A DNA stretch of 64,000 bases. Source: Klebsormidium nitens (Eukaryota > Plantae > Klebsormidiophyceae). Positions 23,405 through 36,500 of the stretch are shown one piece after another. The notes under the pieces are model-generated. The model was not told where the DNA came from. It made no database searches and worked only from the letters and a program-made list of their open reading frames with translations. The first letter of the stretch is position 1. Each line of letters begins with the position of its first letter. The stretch spans positions 1-64,000 of the forward strand of contig DF237022.1 of the NCBI GenBank assembly GCA_000708835.1. Reading direction: 5' to 3'. Position numbers and translations under genes: made by a program.

Positions 23405-26064
23405 TCAAAGGCTTGTGCCGTTGTAAAGGCGTGTGCCGTTGTAAGGGCGTGTGCTGTTGTAAGGGCTTGTGCCGTTGTAAGGGCTTGCGCCGTTGTGACT
23501 CGCTTTGTAAGCTCTGACGTACTTCCTGACCTCCGCTGGTCGCTTGGCTATAACGGAAGCGAGCACGTCAAGGACATTCCTCATGCTTTCGACAACCTGC
23601 AAAGAAGGAACACGGTCTAAGGTCAGCCGTTCAGGCCATTCACTCGGGTACTCGGTTTTCCAACTGACCATATTTCAAAGGATTGTCGCCGCAATGCTAC
23701 GTATCTTCAATTGCACATACTCTCCAGAAAGCTTGTTGAAGAGTAATTGTCGCGCTTCTTAGGGCCTTTGACCCGGAGGCCCCTGCAGAAATCGAGTGGA
23801 CACCCGCTCACGCTACAACAGGTGAACTATCAATCACCCACCATCAGGTGCTGCACAACTCTCGCAGACATTGAATTGGGTGAAGCGTACCCGAGTCCCT
23901 CATGGACTATCAAGGACTTTTTTCAGCCTATTGTTTTTGGGCCATATGCGCTGAACTTTGCTTTGTAGTTGTGCTTGATACGATCAGTCAGCATTAATTC
24001 TTGCGGGGTGCTAAAGCTAGGGACTGCTGGTTGTATCTGACTAGTGAGTCCTATTGTAAGTGTCTCAATCGTCGACCACAGCCCTGGAGCGCCAGGGGTC
24101 TGAAGCGCCGGGGGCTCTCGAAAGTATACCTTCATAAGAAGATCGACTCACAGGCGTCTATGAAGAAGCCGCTTTCAAGCTGACCTTTCCATGTCCGTCC
24201 GACTGTACGGTATCCCAGTGGTCATGGTTCCGAAGTTCGAACCCAGCTTCTTTTCCGGAGCAGAGTCGCCCGACCAAGATTGAAAGTGCCAAACACGGAT
24301 GACATCATTCGGACGGCCGTTTTTCCCACATGACGGAGAAACGGCACACTCACCTGGTCCGCAAAGGAGTACGTGAAGAGGTACTTGGGGTCGCAGTTGT
24401 AGGTGCACATGAGGTCGGCTCTGACGGTGCCGTTGGGCTCCAGGAAGACGATGCGTGGGTTGTAGCGGCCGTCCGGAGCGTACTTGGCGTCCTCAGGCTC
24501 GTCCTCGTCCGTAATATCGACCTGATGAGTGGACATTTGGATTTTCTTAGAGCTACGGTAGTGCGGATGATTTTGGAAGTCTTCCTGGCGTCTGCCAACC
24601 TGTCGGTGTTTGTGATGGAGTCGATTTCATAAGGTGATCACAGACTGGTAGAAGGTAATGGAGTAGCTAAGGATTTTCGAGTGAGTTTTATGTCTGGATG
24701 CCCCTTTGACCCCATGATTGCCGACCTGACGAACGTCAGAGTAAGATCTTTGGAGAATTCGACTACGATGGGAAGATGGCAGAATGTCGCCAAACGTTTT
24801 CCCCTTTTCCTGTTTCACTCGGGTGTGTAAAGCACCCCTCTCAACGACTCCAAGCTTAAACGGTGCTGTTGAGTACCGCAAAAGCTGGATGGCAAAGTGG
24901 AATGTGTCTGTTGTCTCAATCATGCTCTTACTCTCGCACAAGGACGGATGGGCAGCAAATATGGTCTCTCAGATCCCAAATCGGCACACGACCTGCACTA
25001 ACGTACTCAACACAACACTGACAGTCCTCTCGGTTTGGCCTTTGAGGACATGGGAAGGATCAAAAAGCTATCTTTCCGCTTTCTGCTCAGACAACCACTG
25101 CAATTTCAGCACCCAAGTAGAAGCTGTAGACATCTGCAAGGAGATGCTAGGAGCAAAGTGTTCCTTTGAAGGCGAGACGAGACACTATGCAGCCATGTAA
25201 GGTAGCTCTTGGCACTGCTGCTGACCAAGAAGTCCGCAAGGAGAAGCTCACCATCGTGAAGTTCTGGCTGAGGGTAACAAATTCAGTAACGTTGGGGTCG
25301 TTTGTGTCGTTGAGGTTGTCGACAAGGAACCGGCACGCTTTGCACCTGCGGAGAACAAGACCCGCAACTTGCTAAGCTGAGTGCCAGAGCTGGTCAGGCA
25401 AAACCGCATACTTCTGTGAGTTGGGTAAAACTCTAGGCTTGAGGAACAACCTCCGAGGAGCTCAACGCAACTCCCTTACTTGATAACAGGGGCCAAATGC
25501 TCCTGAGCAAGATTGAAAAACGTCGAAGTGTGACCTCAGATTGCAGAGACAGATATGGCATCAGATCCTGCAATCGCTCTAGTTAAGCAACAGTTGCTTG
25601 CTCCCCTTTGACTGTTGTACCTCCCCTTTCGAGATTTCCACATGTCTATGCAACTCTTAATCAACCACTACATGACTTGTCCTATGGGGAAGCTTTGGTG
25701 AGCCAATTGGAGATATGCAGGACGATACTCAATATCAGAGAGCCCTGATAACATCACATAAGTTATCTCAACAGACACAGAACCTCTTGAAACCAGAATT
25801 TCTGCCTTTTAGTACAAAAGAATGAAACGTCCAACTTGTATACAATGCCTGAGGCGGAACTTACCAGCTCTTGTGGACGAGCATCAGCACTGGCTTCTCG
25901 TTGAGCTTCATGTAGTCGGTGTTGTTGACCGTGCTGTTAAAGTCTTGCCAAGTAACATTGGGGTTGAGGCCCCATGCGTCTGCTGTTTGAAACTGCGCTA
26001 CCAGTAGCACAGCTAGCAGCAGGAAGCAACCAGAGCACGTCCGTCTTAGGTCTGCCATGTTCAA
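23405..26064 (-). CDS. TXNDC12: TXNDC12/ERp18 (AGR-family)-like secretory thioredoxin. Exons 26064-25865, 25345-25252, 24521-24354, 23596-23405
   Basis: It has a signal peptide (CFLLLAVLLVAQFQTADA). The spliced active site is KPVLMLVHKSW|CKAC. DEDEPEDAKYAPDGRYNPRIVFLEPNG...NCDPKYLFTYSFADQ|VVESM matches the ERp18 motif EEEP.DE.FSPDGGYIPRILFLDPSG. All junctions are phase-consistent. The symbol denotes family, not proven orthology. Confidence 0.85.
23410..23497 (-). repeat. 18-bp coding tandem repeat, about 5 copies, encoding (P/L)YN(G/S)T(S/R)
   Basis: Translation is HNGASPYNGTSPYNSTRPYNGTRLYNGTSL*. Confidence 0.9.
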
Positions 26065-27078
26065 GCTGGATCCAAAGTCACTTCCTTGAGCTAATGGTGC
26101 TGGTTTGGGTTCAGGAACTAGCTTTGCCTGTGGATGACAGTGGAAAAAGGGAGAGCAGAACGTCGCCAGAACTTCGCCTCTGATTCTGTCTTTGTAAGTA
26201 TAATTTTGCAGGTGCTGCAGAGCTTATTTTGAGCTGAAGGTCAAAAACGAGGTCGGAATGTGTCACAAGGACTTGCTCTAGCACCTGGATGCAGATTGAA
26301 AGACAGCTTCTTTACTTTGAACATGCAAAGTTGCCACAAGAGTCGCGTAGCCAGTCTCTTTGAACCGTTGCGGGCATCCTGCAAGCAGTTGGCAGTCTCA
26401 AGAATCAAGTCTGTTACTTTGATGTCAACAGGCTCTGCAATGCGGCCGACTCTATGAGCTAAAGATCCAAGCGGTTTCAGCTGAGCTGCTGAGCTGATGC
26501 AACATTCTGGTTCAACCTGAGAATGTACCAGCCTGAGTCTTGGCTGGCCTACAAATTTCAAGCATACCTACTGCAGTCTGCATCCTGGTGGAATGCCAAT
26601 ACGTGGCATACATTGTAACCTAATAAAGACTCATTGTATGTACAGTATGCGTATACTGTATATGATGAAGATTGCAGTATGATGAAGTATGAGAAATTCT
26701 CACAACAACTGTACACGGAAAAGATAGGTATATGAGACTAGTGAACATAAAGGAGATACATAGAGCTACATATCAGAATCTTTTAATGAGGCAGCAGGCT
26801 TAGCTTGCCAAGCTCTAATTATCGAGCACTGCCCCTATGCTCCGATGTGGGCTTGCGTGGGAGTTGCTTGGAGTTGGTCGGCAAACCGCCGGCTGACTTC
26901 ACAATCTCAACTTCCCCCCTTGTCGGCTCTATCGGACGGCTGCAATCGTTACACTCAAATTTGTTCACGGACCGTCGGATTGGCGGAAGCTAGAAGCGTG
27001 GGTCAAGGTGGATAACCGGTTATCTGGTTAGAACTTAGCCAGGTTTTAATTTTGGGGTTTGCTGTATCTGGATTTCGC

Positions 27079-27087
27079 AAACCCTAA
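27079..27087 (+). promoter_or_regulatory. Telo-box (AAACCCTAA) in the divergent TXNDC12-like/PNG1 intergenic region
   Basis: Exact plant telo-box about 430 bp upstream of the PNG1 ATG. The motif is short, so a chance match is possible. Confidence 0.3.
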
Positions 27088-27506
27088 ATTATGTCGCAGC
27101 TGTTTTCAAGAAAGCTTCACAGTCAAAGTCCATGCACGAATTCGAAGATGGCGCCTCCAGAGCTTCTCAAAGCGCTGACTGCATCGCCAACGGAGTTCTA
27201 GGATCCTTGGACAGCACTGGTGTCCATAGTAGGCGGCTGTTCAACGGGCACGTCTCTGCAGCGGAATTTCACAAGAAATTATCCTGATCCTTTGAAGAGT
27301 CAGTTTGTGGTGCGCAGAGACCCAATCAGAGATTGTCCGGGGCCTGCGCAATCATACCACCAGTCAAAAGTGTCTCCAAGGTGGGGCTGTTCGGCCACAC
27401 TGTCTCAAAAGCATCAAGCCCTTCGTTGTTTAGGCTTCTCCAGACCCTCCAAGAAGGACAGCATTACTACGACTTGGTCAAGCAAGCGGACAGGAGCGCT
27501 GACCAA

Positions 27507-30500
27507 ATGCAGCTGCATCTGGTGTTAAACTTTGAGGGGGAGAAGCATGAGCTGGAGTATGACACGGAGGACGGTCGAGACATCCTGGCCTGGCAGCTCT
27601 TCTCTCTCACTGGGGTGGGGGTGCAAGAGCAACAGCTCCATGGACTCTTCAAAAGTGATACTTCCGAGGATCTTTGCGATTCCGTGAAAGACGGGGCTGA
27701 GTTCTCGATGACGAGACTCAATGCTGATTCCCAGTTGGGGGCCACGGCTACTGATTCAACTATTACCCCTGTCGTGGACTCGGACGAAGAGCTGGCAAGA
27801 AAATTGCAAGAAGAGGAAGATGCACAATTGGCACGCGCCATGGCGCAGCAACTAGGCGCGGAGAGAAGTGGGGGACGGAATGTTGAGGCTTTTCGGGCCA
27901 AATTGGAGAGCGGCATCCAGACAGTGATGCAGGTGGGTGGATATTGCACAACCGCGATTTCCATTGATGTCGGCGCATGAAGTTCCTTCAAACTATGTTT
28001 TTGAGCCCCAGCCCTGAAAACTTTTTGTGCCACCCTTGCTATGAATGAAAGGTTGGTATTGACCTCTCAAGATCCAAACTTTGGAAAAACCAGATTGATG
28101 GTCTATGTAGATAACCTGGAGAGTGGAAGAATCATGTTACATCTGGTCTCCCGATAGATCTGGAAACAGTCTCAGGTTTATGCCAAGGTATAGGGGACAG
28201 ACGGAGTTGCAGGGCCACTTCGTCGCTTGCTTAAAAGTTGCCAGTAGTGTGTTTTACCAAGTGAACTGTGTGCGAGGCTGGATTCACATCAAGGACCTGC
28301 TCCAGTGTTTCCACCACAATCAGTGCCCTTTTCCCATGTATTTAGACTTTTTTCGAAGTCAAAACGAAGATAGCTGAATGCACACGACATCCAACCTGCA
28401 AACATCAAGCTGAATAAATGCCACTTAGCATTTTAAGGGAAAATTGATTGGTCGGTTTTTCCTACTTTAATCTAGTGACCTTTTTGGTCGCTGTAGTATG
28501 AGGACCCCAGCAAGCAAGACAAGGCGCGGGCGCTCATTCCATTGGACGATTTGGAGGAGAAGGCGGCCGTGGCACTTCTCAGAGTGAGGAGCGCAAGCCA
28601 CACATCTAGCTAATTGCAATGATCTGTCTTTGCTTTTGCCATACGCACCGTCATCTGCGGAGCACTCAAACTCGAAGATGGTTTCGAAGCTGATCAAACC
28701 CCCGTTACACAGGCCTCATCAGCTGATCGACAGGGAGAAGCTTATCGGCCATGCCTGGTTTCTCTTTAACTCGTCCTCGGCAAAATCATCTCATTTCGGA
28801 ATTAAACTAGGTGGGGTCTCTCTTCCATGACTCCGTTGGCAGTCAGGCTTTCAATCAAATCTGGTCGTGGAAGGAGAAATTTGCACAAACTATGAGCCAT
28901 TCCTTTGCTTTGTGGCCTGTTCCATCCCGATCTGGACGAAAGAACTTCTTCTTTGTTCCTGTATCGAAGCCTTTGGATCTCAATTTATCTCGTACTTTTG
29001 CCCTCCTGTGCAGACCGGAGAAAGCAGCTCTGAGGCGATGCGGGACGCTCTCTTGGCGGAGCTTTTGCACTGGTTCAAGGCGACGTTCAAGTGAGCTTTT
29101 GATACTAGATGTACCTCTGATGTGTATCGACGGAAGTATGCGAGGATGCTTAAAGCACCACCCCGGGTATGATAGGTGTGGGACCTTCATTTCGTCACTT
29201 TCGGGTCTTGAGCTCCGAAACTTGGAATTCGGACTATGGCGCGTCCATATGACTCTATCAGGAGACATGCCACTGCTCACTCAAGATTGAGCTCTTTTTC
29301 ATCGTTTTTCGCGGCGGTTTTGATGCAAGGAGATCGCTTGATTGAAAGAAGGTTCGCCGAAAACATTGAAGAAACGGTCCTGAAAATGTGTGCTCTTAGC
29401 TCACTATTGCAAGTTCCAGAACCGTGCGCCCTTCGACAATTGTGAATTCCGGTGGCCTTTTGCCGGGAATGCCATGTCAGCATTCAAGTTTGCCCGATTC
29501 TATACTCCCGGTGGTGGTTTAACCGACTCTGGCCACTTCCACCACATCTAAAGCATATCTGAATTGATCAAGCCGCTCAGATTGCTGTGTAAGGTGCCAC
29601 AAGCCTGAGGTTGATCAATCTGAAGGTTTCGATCTTGCCATAACGGGGTACTCGTTTGGTTCTTCCAAATTTGACCTGATGTCAAAAAAGTCTGTGTCTC
29701 TTGGTACCCAGTCGATGCTTTAGTTAGCACACGTCTTTCACGATGTCCGGTGACCGATAGAAGTGAACCAAATTCGACGGTTTCGTATCGCTCGACCGGG
29801 CTGCTCCACCAATCTCGACCGTGAGGGTAAGCTGTTCACCTCATGATCATTGGCGTGAGATTTGGAAATTTCATGGAGTCCGTGTGCTAGACAGATTTAC
29901 CTCCTATTCTTGCAGTGAAAGTCGCCAAACGGACAGGATTTTGACGAGCTACGATGACCTCGGTTTGAAACCCTCGGTTCCGAGAATTCCGACAAAGCTG
30001 ACTTGTGCATCCACAATTCACGATTTGAAAGAACCTTTAAGCCTAGGGAGCCCTAAGTCCTGCGAAACATGAGAGAGAAATGCCGCCCTTGAGACAAGTA
30101 TTCGCTCATGGCTGTGGATTTTCGACTTGTTGAATGCCCACAAGCTCTTAGTAGGAATTGGTAAGAGTTAGTAAGAGATAGTAAAAGTTGAAATCCTCAA
30201 CCACCTTATTTCTTCAATTTCCGCCTCTTCTTAATCAGGTGGGTCAACGCCCCCGAATGCGAGATCTGCGGGGGGGGCACCGTGCTGCAGGGTATGGTAC
30301 CCCCTACTCCGGAGGACCTCCGGTTTGGGGCGTCCCGCGTGGAAGGTTATGCGTGTCAAGTGTGTGGCGCAAGAAACCGCTTTCCCCGCTACAACGATCC
30401 TGGGAAGCTTCTGGAAACGCGACGTGGCCGCTGTGGAGAATGGGCAAATGCGTTTACGCTCTGCTGCCGCGCTCTTGGGTACGAGGCACGATGGGTGAGT

Positions 30501-33500
30501 CTCAGAACCGAGGTTTTCAAAGATCTCGATGTTTGGCTCGTACATGCCGCAAGGATCTCGGGAGGAGCTCGAGGGCAAAAGAAGAAGAAGGGCAAAACAT
30601 CTTGATGTGCTTCATACGCAATTGTTTTAGATTCCTTGGTTTCCGTATAAGCGACCAGGTCTGGAGCGAGATCTGGACGGCTTGCAACACAGAAGAGTAC
30701 TCGGGCGAAACCTGCATATATCTGGATCTTAAAACCAGTTTTGCTGTAAGCACGTCCGGACGTAGGTCGCATGTTTTGAACGCTAGTTTTGGGATTGACC
30801 AACCTCGCCAAAGCAAAATATACTCCTCTGCAGACCTTCTGATTGCGACCTGCAAAAAGCCGTTTTGTACTCTTTTCCTTTTGCTTTCAGTTCAAGTCAT
30901 GTTCTTCAAATGCAGGTTTTGAACTGGACCGATCACGTCTGGAATGATTTCTCTCCTCTGCACAGTGGCCGCTGATCGCAAGCAGACCCCTGAAGAATCG
31001 CCTCTTGTCGATTTCTGTTTCTCTCCCCAAGTGAAACTTGTAAACTCCAATCGCAGGTTTTGGACTGGACCGATCACGTCTGGACCGAAGTCTACTCCGA
31101 AGCTCAGCGGTGCTGGCTACACGCAGACTCCTGCGAAGACCGCTTGGACGCACCCCTTCTTTACGAGTCTGGCTGGGGAAAAAAACTGTCTTACGTCATC
31201 TCCTTCTCGAACCGGGGGGTAACTGACACGACACGGCGCTACACTGCGCGGTGGGCGGAGGTGCTGACGCGGCGCGCTGACGTCACCGAGGACGATGTCG
31301 TCAGGCTGACGTCAGAGTGCACAGCGCGGATGCGGGGGGGCCTGGGGCGGGCGGAAAGGGATGCATTGGAGGAGAGAGATCGGCGGGAGAGAGAGGAACT
31401 GATGGCGGGGCACAGGTGACGTCATCTGGAAGTCATAAACTTCTCTGTGTATTGTCGATATCTGCAGGCCTGCGGTTCTAGAGACCTGGACGTAACGGTC
31501 TCAGTTATGAGAGTCTTTACTTTCGGTCGTTCAGAGAGGGCAAAGCGGTCAAGTCGCTTTGCCAATGATTTGTCCGAGTAGGCGGTGCGCTATCAACCGG
31601 TAGCTGCCGCCTTTTTGACGTTGCTTCATCTGGCTGACTTCGGGTGCCTGTCCAGCGTCGAGAATAAAAAGATTGATGCTACTTCCTCCTCATCTTTCTT
31701 TCTTTCGCATGACGTTCCCATCCTTTTAGATCCGTCATCCTCTCCTTTAGTTCCTCAAAAGTCTGACGCCATGATTGGAAGATTTGACGGTCCGACTGCG
31801 TGACAAGCTGACCACTTGGAACTCTCCTAGTCGACTGCGAGTGCACTGTCGACAATTACACGCTCTGCTGAGCAGAACCCTCACGCCTCAAGCGACCGTA
31901 TGCCTGCTTTTGTAGAAGTGCTCACTTTTAGTTTGCTCACACGCCTTTCAACCAAGACACTCCTTCGAGCAACCTGACGACCAAGGTTGAGATTCTTACT
32001 TTTTCAGCGCAGCAGGGTACTTCAACCCCCTCAATGAAAGCCACTGAGAACCACTCTCCTTCCCTCTCCTCACAGCCCGTCACCCGAAAGTGCCAACCTC
32101 CCGGGTCGGCAAACTGGCTCAGTGGAGTGGCGCGCCGCTCGAGGCGAGCTAGGGGGGGCCGAAACCAGCACCAGCGGCACCCCCTGGGAAGGAGAACGGC
32201 CCGCCCGGGACGAACACGTGGCTGCGCTGTGGGCACCGATCGACGCCATGTGGGAGGTCGCGAAAACGAACGCCGCGCAGCGGGGGGTGCCCCCGAATGA
32301 CGTCATGTACTCGAAGCTGACGTTGGTGTTGCAGACCGCGAAGGGGTTGAGAGCGTTGCGGTGGAAGGAACGGAAGTTGGAAGTTGCAGAGGGGAAAAGT
32401 GTGAACGGGCGAGAGTTGTCGGCCAAGGGGGGGGCGGCGTATCGGGACGCGTTGACGGCGGGGGGCGGCGGCAAGCTGCTGGAGGCGGTGGGCTTCCGGG
32501 TCGAGACAGATGACGTCATGCTGAGGTGAGCATGCCGGGCTGGTTTGTAGCCGAGAAGAGTTGGCTGGTCAAAGCTAACCTCAAAGAGTGGGTGTACGGA
32601 AAGGGAAGAAAGGAGTGGGATTGGAAGGACGATTGAACCAGACCGCTGAAAAATACAAAGGCAACGTTCTGGTGGGCGATGCAGAAGCGTGCGGCCTGTT
32701 TGAAAAAGTGTCTTCGAAAAACACCGTTATCAAATGCGCGCTTGCTTTAGGAGCTAGGCTGCTCCGCAAGACTTGCTCCTCGCTTCGCCGTTCTTGCCAC
32801 CATAGCTCCTCGCTTCGGCCGCTTCTTCAGCATACTGACGGATGCACAGAAGCAATATTACCAATAACAACAGCGCCATCCTGACTAAGTATACCCTCGA
32901 TTCTCGAAGAGCGAGGTTCTTCAACACTGCCGACGCCTAATCGACAGTTGGCCTTGATGTCTTTCAGCCGTATCTCTGTCTTAGGGCGTCTCAGGTCTTG
33001 TCCTGAACATCTGCAAGCATTTTCCTTGGTTGCCACTCGCCCGCTTGTGCAAACCCTTTCCATTGCTGCGGCATCTCCCCCCAAAAGTATGCTTCACCTC
33101 TCTTTCTGGAGGCGAGTTAAGGTTTCTCTCGCTTTTAGCAGGTTGCTCCCCCCGGCCCAGATCGACCAATCACGTTTGACATTCTTCAGCGAATCCTCGG
33201 CTGTCTCTTACTATAGTGGGCGTCTCGTTTGTTACCCAACTGTCCGCAAGCTTGCTTGCCTACTACTGCTTGCACGCGTCCCGCAGAATCTGGTTGTTTG
33301 CATTTTTAAATCTGACATATTGCCAGCCCTTCTGGAGGCGTTTTCAAAAGTTTTCACGCTCCTGGCAGGCTGCTCCCTTCTTCTCCTCCCTGCCCACGTC
33401 GCGTGTAACCTGCCAGTTGCCGTGGACGTTAAAAAGTCCCAATTGGAAAGCCCGGGCGGCGTGTATGCCCTAGTGAACTCAATACTTCTTTTTCTGAACC

Positions 33501-36500
33501 ACTGACATTTCTCCCCCTCTTGGCAGGTTGAACGCTTTGGCTTCCGCTGCCCACGTTGCGCGGAATCCGCCCATCGCCGTGGACAGTATTGAGTCCCTAC
33601 TGGCCCATCAGAAGGTTCTTATCCGTTTACGCCCTGACAAACTCAACACTTCTATCTCTCAAGATGTTCTGACATTTCTCTCGCTCGTAGCAGGTTGCTT
33701 CCTTCGTCTCCGCCAGCCCACATTGCGCGGAATCTGCCGATTTCCGTGGACATAATAGAGTCCCTACTGGTTCAACTGAAAACCCCGGGCTTCGTTTACG
33801 CTTCGGGGCCGCGACTGAGCGGAGGGTTCGTGAGTACCAGCGGAGAAAACGCGCCCAACCAGATTGTGAGAATCTCGATCCAAGAACTCTAAAACCCTGA
33901 ATATCGATGTCTTCAACCTTTCATGGTCTCATTTTTCGCGATCTAGAGGAGATTGCTAAACATATCAGGTAGATGCTAATGGCTTGGATGGATTCGTTAG
34001 GTGATTATTCGAGGGTTCGCAACTCAATAGAGCTTCATCAGCGCCAACAGGGAGATTCATCTCAACCAAATTGTAGCCGTTTCTCAACTTTCCTGGCCTC
34101 GACTCTGCTCTTAGAGGGAATATCAACCTCATCACTGCTTTCGGCGGTTCAGGTCGATCCTGATGGAGTATTTGATATCCACAATAGAAGGGTTTTGAAA
34201 GCACAGGCTTCCAGTGAAAGAAGGCTTCTCAGGTCTGCTCGCGCATAGTACGACCAGCACACAGACTCGGCTCTTGCAAATCTTTCCCAAGGCTTCAAAT
34301 CCGGATATCCACTTCGCGTTTGCATCCTTCAACTGTTGTTTGCGTTCTTGTGATTAAAAGCTGCAGAAGGAGTTTGGACTATAGAGAGATCATGACAGCA
34401 TCTTCAATCGTTTGCCGTTGTACCAAGTAATTATGTAGAATTGTGTAGAATTATGAATGAATTGTGTGGATTTTTACTGCAGGCGACCGCCGCGTTTGAG
34501 GGAGTAAAGGCTTCCAAATGGCTGGTACACGGGGGCCACGAAGGTGCGTTACTCGAAGCGCTGTGGCCGACTTATGTTCGTTACTAGTAATATTAAACTC
34601 TCGCTTCAGTCCTGAAGTCTTTCTTCGTACGGTTTGGCTGAAGCTTATCTGACATACGGGAAGCTTATCGGTACGATTCGGGTTTGTTTCAATATACTGG
34701 TCACCCGTCTGCCAATTCCGTTCGGACTTGAGTCTACAAAGCGGGCCAAAAAGACATTATCAATTCAATCCAAGTCAATAGTTGCTTCCCGATCCCATAG
34801 GGCGAGGAGTCAGTAGCGTGCATCCCTCCCGGACGCTTTGCTATTCTTAACAGCTCTGATGAAGGCGTGGTTACATTTTGTGGCTTGCACCTTCCTTTCT
34901 GGGCTCTTAGCTTGATTTCCTTGTCCCACTGTAGCTGCATCTAGAGCGAGTTCTCGATCTTACGACGTCGATAGGCAATTGTGTTCGGAGGCGCATCGGT
35001 ACAGCTGTATGCATCATCATCGTGCGCCCTCAGAAACACGGTCAGCCGGTTTACACCCTAAAATCCTAAAACCCTAAAACCCTAAAACCCTAAAACCCTA
35101 AAACCAAAGTCGATGAAGTTCACTCCTTTTGAGGATCGGACGCACGCGGCTTGATTGAGGCTATCCTCCAGGAACGGCCGCGTCTCAAGAGAAGCTCAGT
35201 ATTGTGGTTCAGCTGATCTGGAATTCGAGAGAGACACTGCAAGCCTTTGCAAAGGATATCTCCGGTCGATTACCCTCGAAATAACTTCTGCGACTTGAGA
35301 CCCGTGGGCGAGTGATTATGTGTATCTGGTTGTGATTAACGAATGCTTCCTCGTCTCTGCCTTAAGGCGTGTCGATGAGAAGCTTCAGTGCCTTTTGATA
35401 TACTCTTCGCTTCAGGAAAGTCGTGGCTGCAGTACCGCTGTCGGCAGCCCGCGGTGCTCTCCCGCTACTCGCTGACGTCAGCGGAGGACTGCCCCGAACG
35501 AGACCCCGCCAGCTGGACCCTGGAGGCGTCCTCTGATGGCGACACGTGGCACGTTCTGGACCACCGGAACGGTGTCCAGTTCTCCGAACGGAACGAGCTG
35601 CGCAGCTTCGACGTGCCCGGTGGACCGAACCGAGCGGCCTACACCACTTTCAGGTGAGCCCATGGGTGCCCGGTCACCTATACCGGGGCAAGCTTTGTTG
35701 GTCACGGCCAGGGTGCTGCAGATTTTATGACTTAGGAAACATTCTACTCGCTTCTTAAACTCGCTTTCACAAACAGGGATCTTCAAGATTGGAACCAGGG
35801 CTCAAAGTTGGTGCTATTGAAGAGGCGGTATTGTCTGTCACATTAGGATGGTTCGCTTCAGAGAAACAGAGGGAACGTCTAAAGCTTTGGATGGTGCATG
35901 GCTACACGTACGCTTCTACAGCGCTCGAAACAAGCAGTGGAGAAAGTTTGAGACTCCGACTCGAAGTTGGTGCTCGAGGTGCGCTCCTGTCTATCAAGAC
36001 GTTTTGGTCTGGACTCCAGCAATTTCAGCTCGTTAGACACTATGAACGGATGACGTACTCTTTCCCTACTCGCTTGACGTCCTTGTCATCCGATCTATTT
36101 GGTCTTCTACAAGCGTCACTTGACGCGAATCCTCGGGACGTGTTGGCGGAAGTTTGTTTGAGGTCATCCTTTTGCTGATGACGCCCTTCGGCATTCGTAT
36201 TACACTTTCTTGCCCGGATTTAGCTGCTGGGAGAACGAATACTGGGTCTGCGATGCACGATCGTGTTGAAACTTGCGGATTCAATGCCAATCATCCGAAA
36301 GGCTGCCAGCTTCGCCCGCATGTGACGCTGAAGAAAAAGTGAAAGTCGCCTTTGAACTTTCCATGATACTTGACAAACGTCCAGGCAGTCAAATGCACCA
36401 TTTACCACTAAGTTTGACACGAATCAAAGCCCTTTTTTGTTCGTTCCTTCGGCCGCTGTTGGTAAAGGAAACCCACACGCGCTGGAGCTCTTTCGGAAAT

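Noticed and set aside
27467-28033. Long antisense or off-frame ORFs over real exons (e.g. 27467-28033, 16879-17520, 32070-32519, 41286-41744, 53916-54269)
   Set aside because: They are shadows of GC-rich coding exons on the opposite strand and carry no recognisable motifs.
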